A DNA stretch of 64,000 nucleotides. It comes from Octopus bimaculoides (taxonomy: Eukaryota). This document shows, one piece after another, positions 27,411-41,049 of this stretch. The translations under genes and the position numbers were made by a program. The stretch is from contig NC_068995.1 in NCBI RefSeq assembly GCF_001194135.2, positions 17,774,272 to 17,838,271 of the forward strand. The letters run 5' to 3'. How positions within the stretch are numbered: position 1 is the first letter of the stretch; the number at the start of each line of letters is the position of its first letter. A model generated the notes under the pieces. That model searched no databases. It had not been told where the DNA came from and saw only the letters and a program-made list of their open reading frames with translations.

Positions 27411-27472
27411 TTGCTCTAATTTCCTCTTCTATACTCGAAATGCGAGAGTAGAAAAACAGCCAGCAACTGATG
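27411..27472 (+). mobile_element. Truncated third copy of the hammerhead-core repeat
   Basis: ctcgaaatgcg-16 nt-cagcaa-ctgatg, with the same spacing as 916-955 and 57353-57392; cut off by (TATG)n. Confidence 0.6.
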
Positions 27473-30284
27473 TATGTATGTATGTATGTATGTATGTATG
27501 TGCGCGCCCGCGTGTATGTGTGCGAGCGTGGGTACGTGCGTGCGTGCAAACGTATATATATCTATTTAAAATGTTGCTGTAAAGGAATGCTGTTTACTAT
27601 GTAAATGAATACGATTAGAAACATTTTATTTACATAGCTCTGGACACTGAATTTTAATGTGCAGAATTTTGTATTGTTTACGCATGTCAGTTATAACGAG
27701 AATTTAGTCCACATAACCGGGGTACATCGGGTATTTATTACACTTGTACCATTTTATTCTGCTTTGTACCTAGGTAGGCCAGCACGAAATCCACACGAAA
27801 TTTTGCTTAATAAAGATTAATTTTACTCTGTATTAACAACTCTCATTGGGGAAAATTCCAGGTGTTTATTGCACGTGATATTCGGAAATTTCCTATTCAA
27901 ATTCCGAAAGTTCTTAATTCCAGATAGACTTTACCTCATTCCTGGATGTTTAAGAATATAAAAAGACGTGACAGTCAATTCCACATTATATAGGGTGGTA
28001 AAATCAATATTCTAAATTGAATTTGGTGTGTGATAAGCATACATCATTCCTAAATACCAACGTTGAATTCGTCAATTTATCCCTGTTATATATTCACAGA
28101 CGTCCTACTTACCCATCCTGAATTATCTTCACACATGGTTTTCTATTTGTATACGAATATGCGCGCGCATACACAAATACGCATACTCATGTGTATGCAT
28201 GTGTGTGTACTTATATGTATGTATTTATGTATTTATGTATGTATGCAAATACGTAGGTATGCATATACGCTTTTACATATGGCTCTGTATAAGGTAATAC
28301 TTTTCTGGATATCTTTCTTACTTTATATATGTTGAAATTTCATGTTGCTTTCTATTTTAGATTCTTTATATTAGCCCTTGTTTCCTGTTCCCTCTTTATA
28401 TCCAACCAATATATTTCCGCTTTCTCTGCTTTCCATCCCACACATACACACATATGCACACACAAACCCACTACGTTTTGAAATGTCAAAGTAAGAAACA
28501 TAGAATGTGTCAACACGTTATTTAAACATAGCAGATTTCGTATTTTCTGCCTGACTTTCTGAACGCATATCCGTCTGAGCTATTTCCGAACTGAATTGGA
28601 TCAGGCTATAGAAGCATTAAAACATTTGAAGAATATTGATAAAGTAAGTTTTGCAATACTTCTTTTCCGACATCACCTGTCTACGGTCGGGTTAAAGGTA
28701 TTTCGGCTATTGATACAAACAAAATCATCTCGGGACAGTTATGTGTAAATTTAAACTAATGTTTGCATCGATATTTATATACAATTAGAAAGTATTTCAA
28801 CAGACACCCGTTACGGAAGCATTCAACTTTATTTTCCTCTCAAATACAGATATATACCTATCAATAGATGAATAGCGAAATGTGTCTCGACATTACTGAT
28901 GTGAATATTCAGAACATATATATTAATACATCATGGTATAATAATTTTAATATAACTGAAAATATATAATCTGTTAATGTGATATACAAGACACATGAAA
29001 TATTTTTAAATGTTGCACTTTACACAAGCAAATATCTAAGGAAATTCCTACCTGAATATATTTTCAATGATAACTGAATCAGACTATTTTTATATTTTAT
29101 ATTATTCGCAAATTCTGAATCCTAAACATGGAATTCAAGCATGTAAATAAAAATTCTACAACCAATATTGACATAACACGGTAAGAAGGAAAAAAATGAT
29201 AAATCGTTTGTTCAAATACAATCTTTGTAAAGTCTGCTTCGACCAATGTCTTATGGGATTCTCTACTATAATTAGCACAATAATTACACTGTGTAACAAC
29301 ATTTTTATTTTTATTTATTTATTTATTTATTTTTTTACTTTGGTCAGTAAGTGTTATTTCTTACTTCCATCTCTCTAGAAATAAAATGAAATGGCTACTC
29401 TTCCTTTCAAGCATTGCTTTTGTGACCTGGACATTGATGTTTTGAAACTCACATATTCTCCATTACATTACAGACAGTTTCAGCACTGAGTTGCTGAAGC
29501 AAAAATATCATTATACCATATATTATGCTCAATACCACAGATTTGCTTCTCAGTTGTTTGACTTCAACCACTTGAGCATGACGTTTAGTGGCTGACAAAA
29601 TGTGCATCTCTGATCATGAGCAGGAGTAGTGGGACATCATCATAGCTATGTGTTAAGTGGGATCTTTTGGGGATTCAATAAGCGTAACGAAATATACTTT
29701 CAAGAATTTATTAGCCATTTTCATACTTTCCAGGAGTTTCGCATAAAAGGAAATAACACTTACTACTCAAGGACATAAAATGTGTTACACAGCGTTATTA
29801 CTTATCAAAATATCCTTTTATATAGCATTTGCATTCACTCTTTCATCCATCATTATGAGCACATCGTTCAACAATCAAATGATAAGATCGGATACTGTAT
29901 ACCCAAGTAAATTTGATCTAATTTTCCATGGAAACCTAAGACTTATATAAAACTTATGTAAAACTCCTATCAAACTTATATGAAACTCCTAAGACTTATA
30001 TAAAACTCGTATCAATCGTATAGCTGTTATCGTTGAATATATCAAAATTTTACCAGTATTTGTTAGTATGCTGTGACCATCATTCCATGGCTTATTCATA
30101 TGTTAATGACACCTAGAAAGAGGTGCTTTTTCGACGCAGCAAATTGAAGGGTGCGTTGTCCAAGTGGAATTGATGTCATCAGACGGTATCCTACGTTTAG
30201 GTGGTGGGGGTGGGGGGAAGTGAAATCAAAAGCAAGTCAAGCAAATTTGAGGCATGTGAAAACTCGAACATATACACACTGCAC

Positions 30285-30293
30285 ACACAAACT

Positions 30294-30326
<33 letters not shown>

Positions 30327-30390
30327 ACACACACACATACACACACACACATACACACACATACACACACGCAAACATGTAAACACACGC
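30285..30390. repeat. (CA)n microsatellite
   Basis: Read directly. Confidence 0.95.
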
Positions 30391-31096
30391 ACATACAAGT
30401 TTAAATGCGCATATAGAAAAATTATGATTAATACAAGTATAAACATTTAGTTCCTATGTACGTTTCGCCATTGTATTTATTTGGAGCTCGGCCCTTGTTT
30501 TGCCGTACATCTATATGGTCATTCCTCTGGAAGTGATTCTCCTAAAAAATACTATTATCGTTAGTTTATCTTCAAATCTTTCTTCTGGTTATATAATCCT
30601 AATATATTAATTTGCAACAAATTTGGTCGCGTATAACAATAAACTTGGTTTGAGTAAAACATTTTGAATTAAATTCGGTAGAAAGAGTATGTAGAAGACA
30701 GTGTTTTTATATTTGTTTACTCACTCATGACATATGAATGGAAGGGAAGGAAAGAGAGTGATAGAGAGAGAGAGAGAAAGAGAGAGATTCAGGGGGTAAA
30801 GATTAACTCAAACTGAAGCATATTTATAAAAACACATATATAGAGAGAGATAGGCAGGTGCAGAGATATAAGAACCCATATGCTATATATANNNNNNNNN
30901 NNNNNNNNNNNNNNNNNNNNNNNNNNNNNNNNNNNNNNNNNNNNNNNNNNNNNNNNNNNNNNNNNNNNNNNNNNNNNNNNNNNNNNNNNNNNNNNNNNNN
31001 NNNNNNNNNNNNNNNNNNNNNNNNNNNNNNNNNNNNNNNNNNNNNNNNNNNNNNNNNNNNNNNNNNNNNNNNNNNNNNNNNNNNNNNNNNNNNNNN

Positions 31097-31441
31097 CTTA
31101 CCAACCACATGGTCCCGGGTTCAGTCTCACTGCGTGGCATCTTGGCCAAGTGTCTTCTACTATAGCCTCGGGCCGACCAATGCCTTGTGAGTGGATTTGG
31201 TAGACGGAAACTGAAAGAAGCCTGTCGTATATATGTATATATATATGTATGTGTTTGTATGTCTGTGTTTGTCCCCCCAACATCGCTTGACAACCGATGC
31301 TGGTGTGTTTATGTCCCCGTAACTTAGCGGTTCGGCAAAAGAGACCGATATAATAAGTACTAGGCTTCCAAAGAATAAGTCCTGGCGGTGCTCCAGCATG
31401 GCCACAGTCAAAAGACTGAAACAAGTAAAAGAGTAAAAGAG
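31097..31441 (+). mobile_element. SINE family A, well preserved; head lost in the gap, about 22-bp internal deletion
   Basis: cttaccaaccacatggtcccgggttcagtctcactgcgtggc...aataagtcct[deletion]ggcggtgctccagcatggccacagtc...(aaagagt)2. Confidence 0.92.
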
Positions 31442-31478
<37 letters not shown>

Positions 31479-31504
31479 ATATAGATGTGTGTGTGCGTGA
31501 TTTT

Positions 31505-31594
31505 AGCAGCAGCAGTAGTAGTAGCATCATCATCATCATCATCATCATCATCACCATCAGTAGTAGTAGTAGTAGCAGTAGTAGCAGCAGCAGC

Positions 31595-31630
<36 letters not shown>

Positions 31631-31841
31631 TAGAAGCAGCAGTAGTCGTAGTTGCTGTTGTTGTAGTAATGGTGGTGGTGGTTGTTGTGGTGGTGGTTGT
31701 GGTGGTTGTGGTGGTAGTTGTGGTGGTAGTTGTGGTGGTTGTGGTGGTAGTTGTGGTGATAGTTGTGGTGCTAGTTGTGGTGCTAGTTGTGGTGGTAGTT
31801 GTGGTGGTAGTTGTGGTGGTTGTGGTGGTGGTCGTGGTAAT
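31505..31841. repeat. Compound trinucleotide array (AGC/AGT)-(CAT)n-(AGT)n-(GGT/TGT/AGT)n
   Basis: Read directly; explains the low-complexity ORFs at 31160-31941. Confidence 0.95.
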
Positions 31842-34747
31842 GAAAATAGTGATACTTTGTCCATCCTCAAACAAATACTCTAGTGGTATCACGAGTCTTC
31901 TCATCTCACTTTTACTGGATGTAGATAATTTACACATCTGATTCTGTTTACATTCATAGCTAGTACATGGAGCATCTTAGCTCTCAAGGTTTTACGCTCA
32001 AGAACTCATCTCTCCCATACTACGTTAGTTTAAGGAGAAATTCGAATGATAGCTAAATGTGAATATGCTGATGGTTTTTTGTACTGAATACCTACTCATG
32101 CATAAATTGTTATTCAGGAATGAGTGCGTTCTTCCGTTGCTACTAACACATAACTTTTAGAGTGGTTGAGTAACGTCACTGCTCGGTTGCACATGGGTGG
32201 CTCTCTAGCCTACTTTCTTGGACATATTGTTGCGTTGCTTTAAGGCCCTCCTCAGTCTAGACTAAGGCCGCAAAATATCCATATACTATTTGTACGTAGA
32301 AAGTATCACTCGATAAAAAAATGTCGTCGCTCCTGCATTCAGCTCTAGAATCATAAATAGCTGGTTCCAGCAGCTTGAAGGAAAACGTAGCCAAGAGTAA
32401 CAACATGTACTACCTATAAAATCTACTACACTATTATTACCACTTCACTTGTACTTCATATACATCCTGTTTGGGGGCACAGGGCCACGTATATATATGA
32501 TGAAAACGCGTATCATTCATTTTTTTTCGAGGAGACTTACTATTACACTGTTACGTCAGTTTGTCGACTCGTTCTCCTGCACAGTGGAGTGAAGATGTTT
32601 TTGTACACGCCACATACTAGGTTCAATCCAATTGCGTTGAATTATTGACATATATACATTTTTTCATAGTTTCGTGTGAATCCTTAAACTTTTAGGCGAA
32701 TTCGGTGGAGGGGAAACTTTATAGAAGCGCCTAGACTAGACTATACATGTAACTAAAAAGTAGTCTCGCCACACTGTGTCACGCTGATTCCGCCTGCATA
32801 TTACAATGAAGGTACTCTTCTGTAAAAATGTTTAGCAGGTTAACTCTATGGACAAGTGATTAGGTTGATTAAATAACGGGATCGTCTACGTCGATGATGA
32901 ATCATATATGTATTGTATATCCATATAATATATGAGTTTTATTTGTCAATACATACTTTAAATACAGTTTGGGTGTATCAGTATAATGTGACTGAAGAAT
33001 AGATGAAGCCTAAAAAATATATAAGCAAAAGTCTTCGTAATATATCGAAATATAATTAAGCAAATTTCCTCTGGATTCGCATTTGGAACTATCAAATTTT
33101 AACCTTGTATTAGGTTACCACCAGAATTAATTTTTATGAGCCTTTCATTACTCTCTGCATTGAAGAACCAATTTTCCGTGACATACCTTGCTTTAATCTT
33201 CCCTCTTCTCTCTGATTTTTCACCTTCTATTTCCCCCGTATATTTTTCCTCCTCTCACGCCAACATTACTCTCATCCGAAGTGCTCCGTTTCTAATCTTG
33301 GCTTTGTTTTATGGAACAGACTCGGCTAGTTAATTTAAATAATCTTCACTATCTTTTTATATTTCACGATTCTACAAACTCTGAGAAGCTTCATATTTTC
33401 CATAAACCTGAACATTTCTGCTTAGCATCACCGATACTATGCTGGTGTGCACATTGATTAAATTAGATTTCATTGAATATAAACTTGTGATTTCCCCCGC
33501 TGTTATGACGAAAATTATTCTTTGGTTTGCAACAAGAAATGCTATGCTAAATATAGGGTTTCAATCAGTTTTATATTTTTCATTGAAATCAAAAATGTAA
33601 AATATAGCGTATAAATTGAAGTAATATGTTCACTGTCTACGTGAAATAATGTCTCTTTAAGGAGCTGATGTGTCTGAGAAAAAAACAGGTCTAACATAAT
33701 ACGGTAACAATTTCCTGACAATTTATTCTGTAATAACAGTTTTGTTCCGTTCAGAGACTCAAATTGACTTAATTTGCTTATGACTCAAAACAGTTTAATC
33801 TGTTGGCCTGAACACACTGTATCATCAAGACGCGAAAGGTTAACCTTTCTCTTTGTTTAGGTCAATGCTACTAAATACAGCAGCTGTGATTCTCATCCGA
33901 AGGTTCAAATGATAATGCACATGTTTTAAGGGTAAAAGAAAGGTTAAATTATTTAAAACTGCTTCGAACTTGATGTCTTAATTCAATTCAGTGAGAGGAT
34001 AAATAAATTATGCACTGTCCCATGAATGTGAGATTTAAAACTAAAGTCTTAGAGATTTTTTATTTCTAATTCAGAAGACATAATTATGTAGGACGTATCT
34101 AATTCGTTATTTTTAAGCAGTCACCCATATAGCTGCACTTTTAGCAAATAAATATCTCCATGTTTACCGAGAACATTTACTTTTGAATATCTTCCAATAC
34201 GATGTACATAATGTCAATAATTTTGACGAAGTACAAGTTGAACTGTAGCAGTTAACTAAGTACATTCGATAAAATCAATTGAACTATATTACTGCCATAT
34301 GCATTATCAATTTCTAGGTTGGAGTTGCAATACGAAATAGACTCCGGAGAAATGTTGACCAAATCCGAGTAGTACGTATTGAAAATAAAATGATTTAGAT
34401 ATTTCACTGCACTAGAGATTTATACCTATTTTTTTATGAAATAGGAAACTTTATGCGTTCCTAAGTTGTCAGTAATGGTTGGAAAATAAGGAGCAGTGAC
34501 AGAGGAAATTACATAACTCTGAAATTTTCATTCATTACTTTGCAAATGACGTCGTTAAACAATATAGCTATCTGGACATGAATCACAACTCTGAAAGAAT
34601 ATATTATGTTAATGTCCCTATATGATTTTTACATGAATTGTCTGAAAATGTCTGAAAACTTGATCCAGTATTTGAAAATATTTGTGATGGTTTTTGGATT
34701 TGAACCAAATTATAAGGAAGCATTGTATATCTGACGTAATGAGCAAA

Positions 34748-34772
34748 TACACACACACACACACACACACAG

Positions 34773-34804
<32 letters not shown>

Positions 34805-34809
34805 GTAGG

Positions 34810-34865
<56 letters not shown>

Positions 34866-34895
34866 TGAGTATGTATGTGTATATATATATGAGTG
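34748..34895. repeat. (CA)n/(TA)n compound microsatellite
   Basis: Read directly. Confidence 0.92.
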
Positions 34896-34928
34896 AGTAG
34901 GCAGATGAGTTACATGTATTCTCAAAAC

Positions 34929-35055
34929 AGTTTGATTCGGATTCCATACCACCTGAAGTTTCAAAGCCCATATCGGGGGCTGGTAAGAGTTCGAATTCTA
35001 ACCAGCCTGACGAGAATCTTCGAAACTTCATGTAGTATGGAATCCGAATCAAACT
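34929..35055. repeat. 127-bp imperfect palindrome (MITE-like hairpin)
   Basis: agtttgattcggattccatac...gaagtttc pairs with gaaacttc...gtatggaatccgaatcaaact; inner arm ggctggtaagagttcgaattctaaccagcc is centred on TTCGAA (34990-34995). Confidence 0.8.
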
Positions 35056-35290
35056 CTTTTGAGTAATATTTATGTATGTATGTCATTGTTCAGTTTTATT
35101 TCAAGATCTCTCGCCAATAGAGAAAGAGCCGGTTTTTGACCTAGATCCAAGGCTCCTTCATTGGAATTTTAACATCAGCAACAGGATACGTTTGTTTGTT
35201 TGTATGTATGTATGTATGTATATATGTATGTATGTATGTATGTATATGTGCCGATTTGTACGCTTTGTTTTATGTATGTATTCTCATGCA

Positions 35291-36270
35291 TGAGAATACA
35301 TGAGAATACATGAGAATACATGTATCTAGACATGTTCATATATATTTAAATGATAAACTTCTGGAAAGTTTTACACCCGTTTTGTTACAGTGATGGATTG
35401 GATCTGTAGCCTTCGAATTAGCTTTCTCCTTTCTGGTTTTGAGGGGCCTAATTTCTCAAGATTGGTATTTAGGCAGTGTTTTACATATACGAGGACCGCA
35501 ATAATTACCGGCACAAACCTGAACTTGTAGTCTGGATGGAGTAACTGCAGATTTCTGAAAACATCAGTGTTAGCATTCTCTTTTTCACTGATCTTCAGTT
35601 TTATGTTAACATCCGCTGGGCACCTAGTTTCCACAATGGTACGCAGTTTCTCTTCTCTATCCCAAATCATTATATCAAGTTTTTGTGCTTACATTTTATT
35701 GAGGATATTCCAGCAGTACTCCTTTTTATTATGTGTTGCTATGGCTTGTACCATACTGTGGGTTCTTATTTCTTTGTCCACATAGTTATCCTTTCGATGG
35801 ATTTCATTACAGATTGCCCTAGCTACAACATCATGTCTCATCGGTAAATAATGACGTGGTGACATTTCCGGACAACTGTTTATGAAGTTGTTGATATCTT
35901 CGGTGTTAATTCCACAAAGTCTGCATCGGTTGATACATTTTACTTTTCCCGCAGCACTATCCCTTTTGTGCATCAGGTACTTCCTTGATATTTCTTGTTC
36001 CAGGATTGCAAACGCATACCATAAAAAGTGGGGGGTAATAGCCCGGTTATTGTTCCATGATAGACTGCTTTCTCGATCAATGTTACTATCATCTCGGAGC
36101 TTTCTTCTAACATATTCATACATAGTCTTCTGCTCATATAGGCTCATCATTTCATCTGATGGTATATTGCGGTAGAGCCGTGCTACATCTTTGGGCATGT
36201 ATTCTAGGCTATCAGACAAATAATGTTGCTCAAGGAGCTGCCTTCCAAATCTTGTGATGTTATCAGCCTT
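35291..36270 (-). mobile_element. 5'-truncated non-LTR retrotransposon with restriction-like endonuclease (R4/Dong-like); disrupted ORF
   Basis: ORFs 35689-36285 and 35371-35670 are in the same frame, split by one stop. They show CRLC...EDI.N.INSC (decayed CCHC knuckle), RHDVVA, (P>L)DIMIWDR..IVE..CPAD.N..K..EK and FVPVII (RLE PD..D/E-x-K region). Confidence 0.88.
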
Positions 36271-36804
36271 TATGTATGTATGCATGTATGTATGTATGTA
36301 TGTATGTATGTATGTATGTATGTATGTAGTGAGGAAATTATTCAGTGATGTATTTGAGGAACTTCGAAGAATTTTGGTATTTGTAGCACTTCAGTCAAAC
36401 AGTTCTTGAAAATTTCATGGATGATATATTAAGATATACGTGAAAACATGACATATTTTAAATAAATTATTTGATATTTATTGCAATTTGATAAAATGTT
36501 CGTTGTAAAAATTAGTATTTCACTAAAATTTTTCAAAAAGTTCATTCTGTCAGGAGAGCTTTTAGTTCGAGCAAAGTTTTTCACATTATCATTTTGTTAT
36601 ACAAAATGTACTTCATACATTCCTTGACCAAAGAACGCACAGCTTGGGGATTTTCAGATTCACATATTCCGAATATATTTAACCTTATGCATTCGCGATG
36701 TCGCCTCTTAATATATGTGGCATATATGTTGTTGTGATAACTTCTGATTCTCCAACAAAATTGGCCAACATCTCGTTATCCCAACCTGGTCATTGATGTC
36801 CGCA

Positions 36805-36808
36805 CACG

Positions 36809-36866
<58 letters not shown>

Positions 36867-36974
36867 AGGGTATAATATATTTATGCTTGCCTTAAATTAT
36901 TTTCATTCCGTTTGACTATTTTTTCTGCAGTTATATGTGGGTGGATGTGTATACGTTTGTGTATGTGTGTGTGC

Positions 36975-37017
<43 letters not shown>

Positions 37018-37058
37018 TGTGTGTGTGTGTGTGTAAGTGCGTGTGTGCATTGATACAC

Positions 37059-37090
<32 letters not shown>
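36805..37090. repeat. (CA)n, (TG)n, (GA)n, (TACA)n microsatellite cluster
   Basis: Read directly. Confidence 0.9.
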
Positions 37091-37091
<1 letters not shown>

Positions 37092-39652
37092 GATAAATAT
37101 ATAAATATACATGTAAGTGTATACATCACAATATATTTATGCATACCTCGAACAATTTTTTATTTGTGCTGTCTGTTTCTTACTAGTTTCTAAAATAATT
37201 TTTCTTGCACGCACACACGCCCACACACGTGATTATATGCTTATTTGTGCATTTATGTTGGTGTTTGTGTGTATATATGTATATGTATTTTCATCTACGA
37301 TTGTATACGTATATATGTTACCATTATGAAAAAAAAAAAAGAATAATAACAAAAGCGGAAACATCGTTTTCTTTCCTAATTTTAACGTCAGAAGAAAAAC
37401 AACGATAAATACTGTAATTGGATTAACTAAATGGTGTTATACAGATTAGTTTTCGTCATTGTGTCCATGGAAACGTAGGTAATAACTGCTCAACTGTGTT
37501 TAAAATTATCTCAAGTAAATAGAAAACTTGTTTTAATAGTATTTGATTATTCTTTACCTTAACACAACGAACTGATAAAACATTTAAAAGATACGCCACT
37601 AAAGTGTCTACGTGAGTAACGTCTTTATTTATTTGTCACCACTTTTATTTTTTATTTGTTCGGTTAATCTTGAGTGGTTGGCTCAGTACATCGGAGAGTG
37701 TAGCATATGCGCCTAGTTATTCGATACGTAGACTTGTGTCTACTCATGTTTAAGGTATGAGAAAATATTCCCGGTTATAGAGTAAATTTTTGGCTTCCTA
37801 ACACTTACTTCAGAGGCCTGAAATATGGATAATACACTCTGCACTCCTCCCCTACATTAACCGATAAAAACGAAACAAATCGTTTTGGAATTCGTCACGC
37901 ACTTAGTATATGTCCTTAGATTTCAGTATCTATCTGGAATGCGAACTGGTTTATTCAGCGATATCTCATGAGGAAGTCAGGAAGTCAGAACGATCTTCAA
38001 ATCCCCTCTTATTTAGTATGTACCGACATACATACACACATGATTTCATACATGTATATATGTATGTATGTATACACGAGAATTTATATCTACTTTTTCA
38101 ATAAAGAATTTTGAAGGCCTTGAAAGGGGATGTCTCATTATTCTTCATTAATATAATGTGGCTTCTTATGAAACTGATGTGTGTTACGTAGGCTCCTGTT
38201 AAGAAACTTTACTTTAAAATTAGACAGAAACACTTTGAATTTGCACTGGATTCTGTGGCTTTGTGCACGCTCACTGATCTCCATAGTTCAGACCGCATAA
38301 CGATTGCAGTAACATCAATGCAATTGGAAATAAGCAGCGAATTATATACATTGTTCGATGAGTTGGAAATATACGACTAATATATGTATCTGTGTAAACA
38401 AGAAAAAACTAACTATTAAGCAAAACTGCTATGCTTTGCTGTATTTGATTGGAATATTTCAGGCCAGATGACTCGTCAATGTAGAGTCAAAAGTCTATCG
38501 AGGAAAAAAAAAGAGAACTTTCCTCGTAGCCATTCAAATTTAATGACAGCAGCTCATCTGTGTTGCATGATGACATACGATACTTAGCATGATTTATTCT
38601 TTGAAACTTTCAAATTTTGCGTGCAACCATCCAATCTTACCATATGGCTAGACGCCTTTCGTTAATTAACAATTCACAGAACTGAACCACAGAGGAATGA
38701 TTTTCACGATGTGATTGACTTTTACTTTAATTTCTTTCTAATCTGACGCATCCCTTGATAATTGTTGTTATAACAGTTATGAAAGGTTTTGATAGTGTGA
38801 TTTGAAATTTTCCGTGTTAACAGTTTTATTTTAAATGTTTACTATTCAAAAGTCTTCCAATGGAGCATTTCTTGGTTTATTTTGATATTTAGTTCATAAC
38901 CAAATTGACCTTTTGCTCATACAGAATAAAGCAAAATAGAAAATTGCACAATTATATTGAAAATCTGTATTAGAAAAATGTTTACTTTAACGTATTCATG
39001 AGGAAATATTTCCAGACTGCTTTCTCCGTGTTTTCTCCAATTTTCGCTTATCAGCGCTCCAGATACAACTTAAGAGTTCCATTAATTGCCGGTTAATTGC
39101 AAGTTCAGGATTGGAGACAGTCCGCTCGTTGGATAAGCAATGAGTTAATGTTCAAAAGTGGGGAGAAGACGCCTCGATATCTGCTGTAAAAAATTTGAAT
39201 TTTAAGCCTAATGGGTAACAAACTACTATAAGTAAGATATACTTTGCTGCTATTTTATATACGGATTCTAAACTTCTATCAGGAATGTAACTAAAGAACA
39301 CGATGAGTAAGAAAATATATAATGCTAATGTACACATGGAGTCAATTGCTTATATTAATATTCTACCAAGATAACATCGTCTGTTTACATAAGCATATAC
39401 AGGCTTTTTCGTCTGCACATTCTGAGATTATTTTCTATGAATTCTGCGGCAGATTTAGATTTACTAAATTATGGAATCCTCAGTGCATGTATCAAATTGG
39501 CAAAGAAGCCTTCCACTCTACGAATATGATACTTTGTACCATTTTCTTACAAAAGAGTCTACATTTTTTTCTGCAATTTTCATTCAAACGTGTCGCAATA
39601 TTCAATCTTTTATCTTAAACTCTTTTTAATTATATTCATATTCATATTTACT

Positions 39653-40065
39653 GGTGCAAGCGTGGCTGTGTGGTGAGAAATTTACTTCCCAACCACATGG
39701 TTACGGGCTGAATCCCACCGCGTGAGACCTTGGGCAAGTAACGTCCATTATATCCTCGGGTCGACCAAAGCATTGCGGGTGCATTTGGTAGAGGGAAACT
39801 GAATGAAGCCCGTTGTAGATATATATACATCGGTGTATATATACACACATATATATATATATATGTATGTATGTGTGTGTGTGTGTGTGTGTGTGTTTAT
39901 TTCTCCACCACTACTTGACAACGGGTGTTAATGTGTTTACGGCCCAGCAGCTTAGCCTTTAGAAAATACCTGCCTTAAAATAGAAAATATTACTGAGGCC
40001 GATTCGTTTCACTAAATTTTCCGAAGAATTGCCCCGGCATAGCCAAAGTCTGATGGTAAACTGGT
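39653..40065 (+). mobile_element. SINE family A, degenerate full length
   Basis: gcgtggctgtgtggtgag...cccaaccacatgg...gaccttgggcaag...cgaccaaagc...gaagcccgttg...tgacaacgggtgtt...tgccccggcatagcc. Confidence 0.85.
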
Positions 40066-40162
40066 AAATATTTCAAATCTTTGAATATTTTAAAAATGAA
40101 TTCAAGTCACATTGACCGAAAGAGAAGAAAAGTGGATGTACGGGTATTTTACCTTGCCAAAG

Positions 40163-41049
40163 GGCAGCCTGTAACAATGCTATCATCATCCTCAACCTCC
40201 CCTGGTGCCGCTGCTGCACATTCTCCCCNNNNNNNNNNNNNNNNNNNNNNNNNNNNNNNNNNNNNNNNNNNNNNNNNNNNNNNNNNNNNNNNNNNNNNNN
40301 NNNNNNNNNNNNNNNNNNNNNNNNNNNNNNNNNNNNNNNNNNNNNNNNNNNNNNNNNNNNNNNNNNNNNNNNNNNNNNNNNNNNNNNNNNNNNNNNNNNN
40401 NNNNNNNNNNNNNNNNNNNNNNNNNNNNNNNNNNNNNNNNNNNNNNNNNNNNNNNNNNNNNNNNNNNNNNNNNNNNNNNNNNNNNNNNNNNNNNNNNNNN
40501 NNNNNNNNNNNNNNNNNNNNNNNNNNNNNNNNNNNNNNNNNNNNNNNNNNNNNNNNNNNNNNNNNNNNNNNNNNNNNNNNNNNNNNNNNNNNNNNNNNNN
40601 NNNNNNNNNNNNNNNNNNNNNNNNNNNNNNNNNNNNNNNNNNNNNNNNNNNNNNNNNNNNNNNNNNNNNNNNNNNNNNNNNNNNNNNNNNNNNNNNNNNN
40701 NNNNNNNNNNNNNNNNNNNNNNNNNNNNNNNNNNNNNNNNNNNNNNNNNNNNNNNNNNNNNNNNNNNNNNNNNNNNNNNNNNNNNNNNNNNNNNNNNNNN
40801 NNNNNNNNNNNNNNNNNNNNNNNNNNNNNNNNNNNNNNNNNNNNNNNNNNNNNNNNNNNNNNNNNNNNNNNNNNNNNNNNNNNNNNNNNNNNNNNNNNNN
40901 NNNNNNNNNNNNNNNNNNNNNNNNNNNNNNNNNNNNNNNNNNNNNNNNNNNNNNNNNNNNNNNNNNNNNNNNNNNNNNNNNNNNNNNNNNNNNNNNNNNN
41001 NCAGCAGCAGCAGCAGCATAAGGACAATCCAAAGCAAAAAAGAGAATAA
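40163..41049 (+). CDS. Candidate low-complexity (Ser/Ala/polyQ) terminal exon spanning an assembly gap
   Basis: Possible acceptor tttttaccttgccaaAG, then GQPVTMLSSSSTSPGAAAAHSP-[gap]-QQQQQHKDNPKQKRE*. Frame across the gap cannot be verified. Confidence 0.25.

Noticed and set aside
35007-35029. CTGACGA-gaatcttc-GAAAC-TTC hammerhead-like words
   Set aside because: Stems I and III do not form; the words are by-products of the 127-bp palindrome.
37803-37830. 9-nt minus-strand microexon-like pattern (cag|gcctctgaa|gtaagt)
   Set aside because: No branch motif or other support; it shows such patterns can arise by chance.
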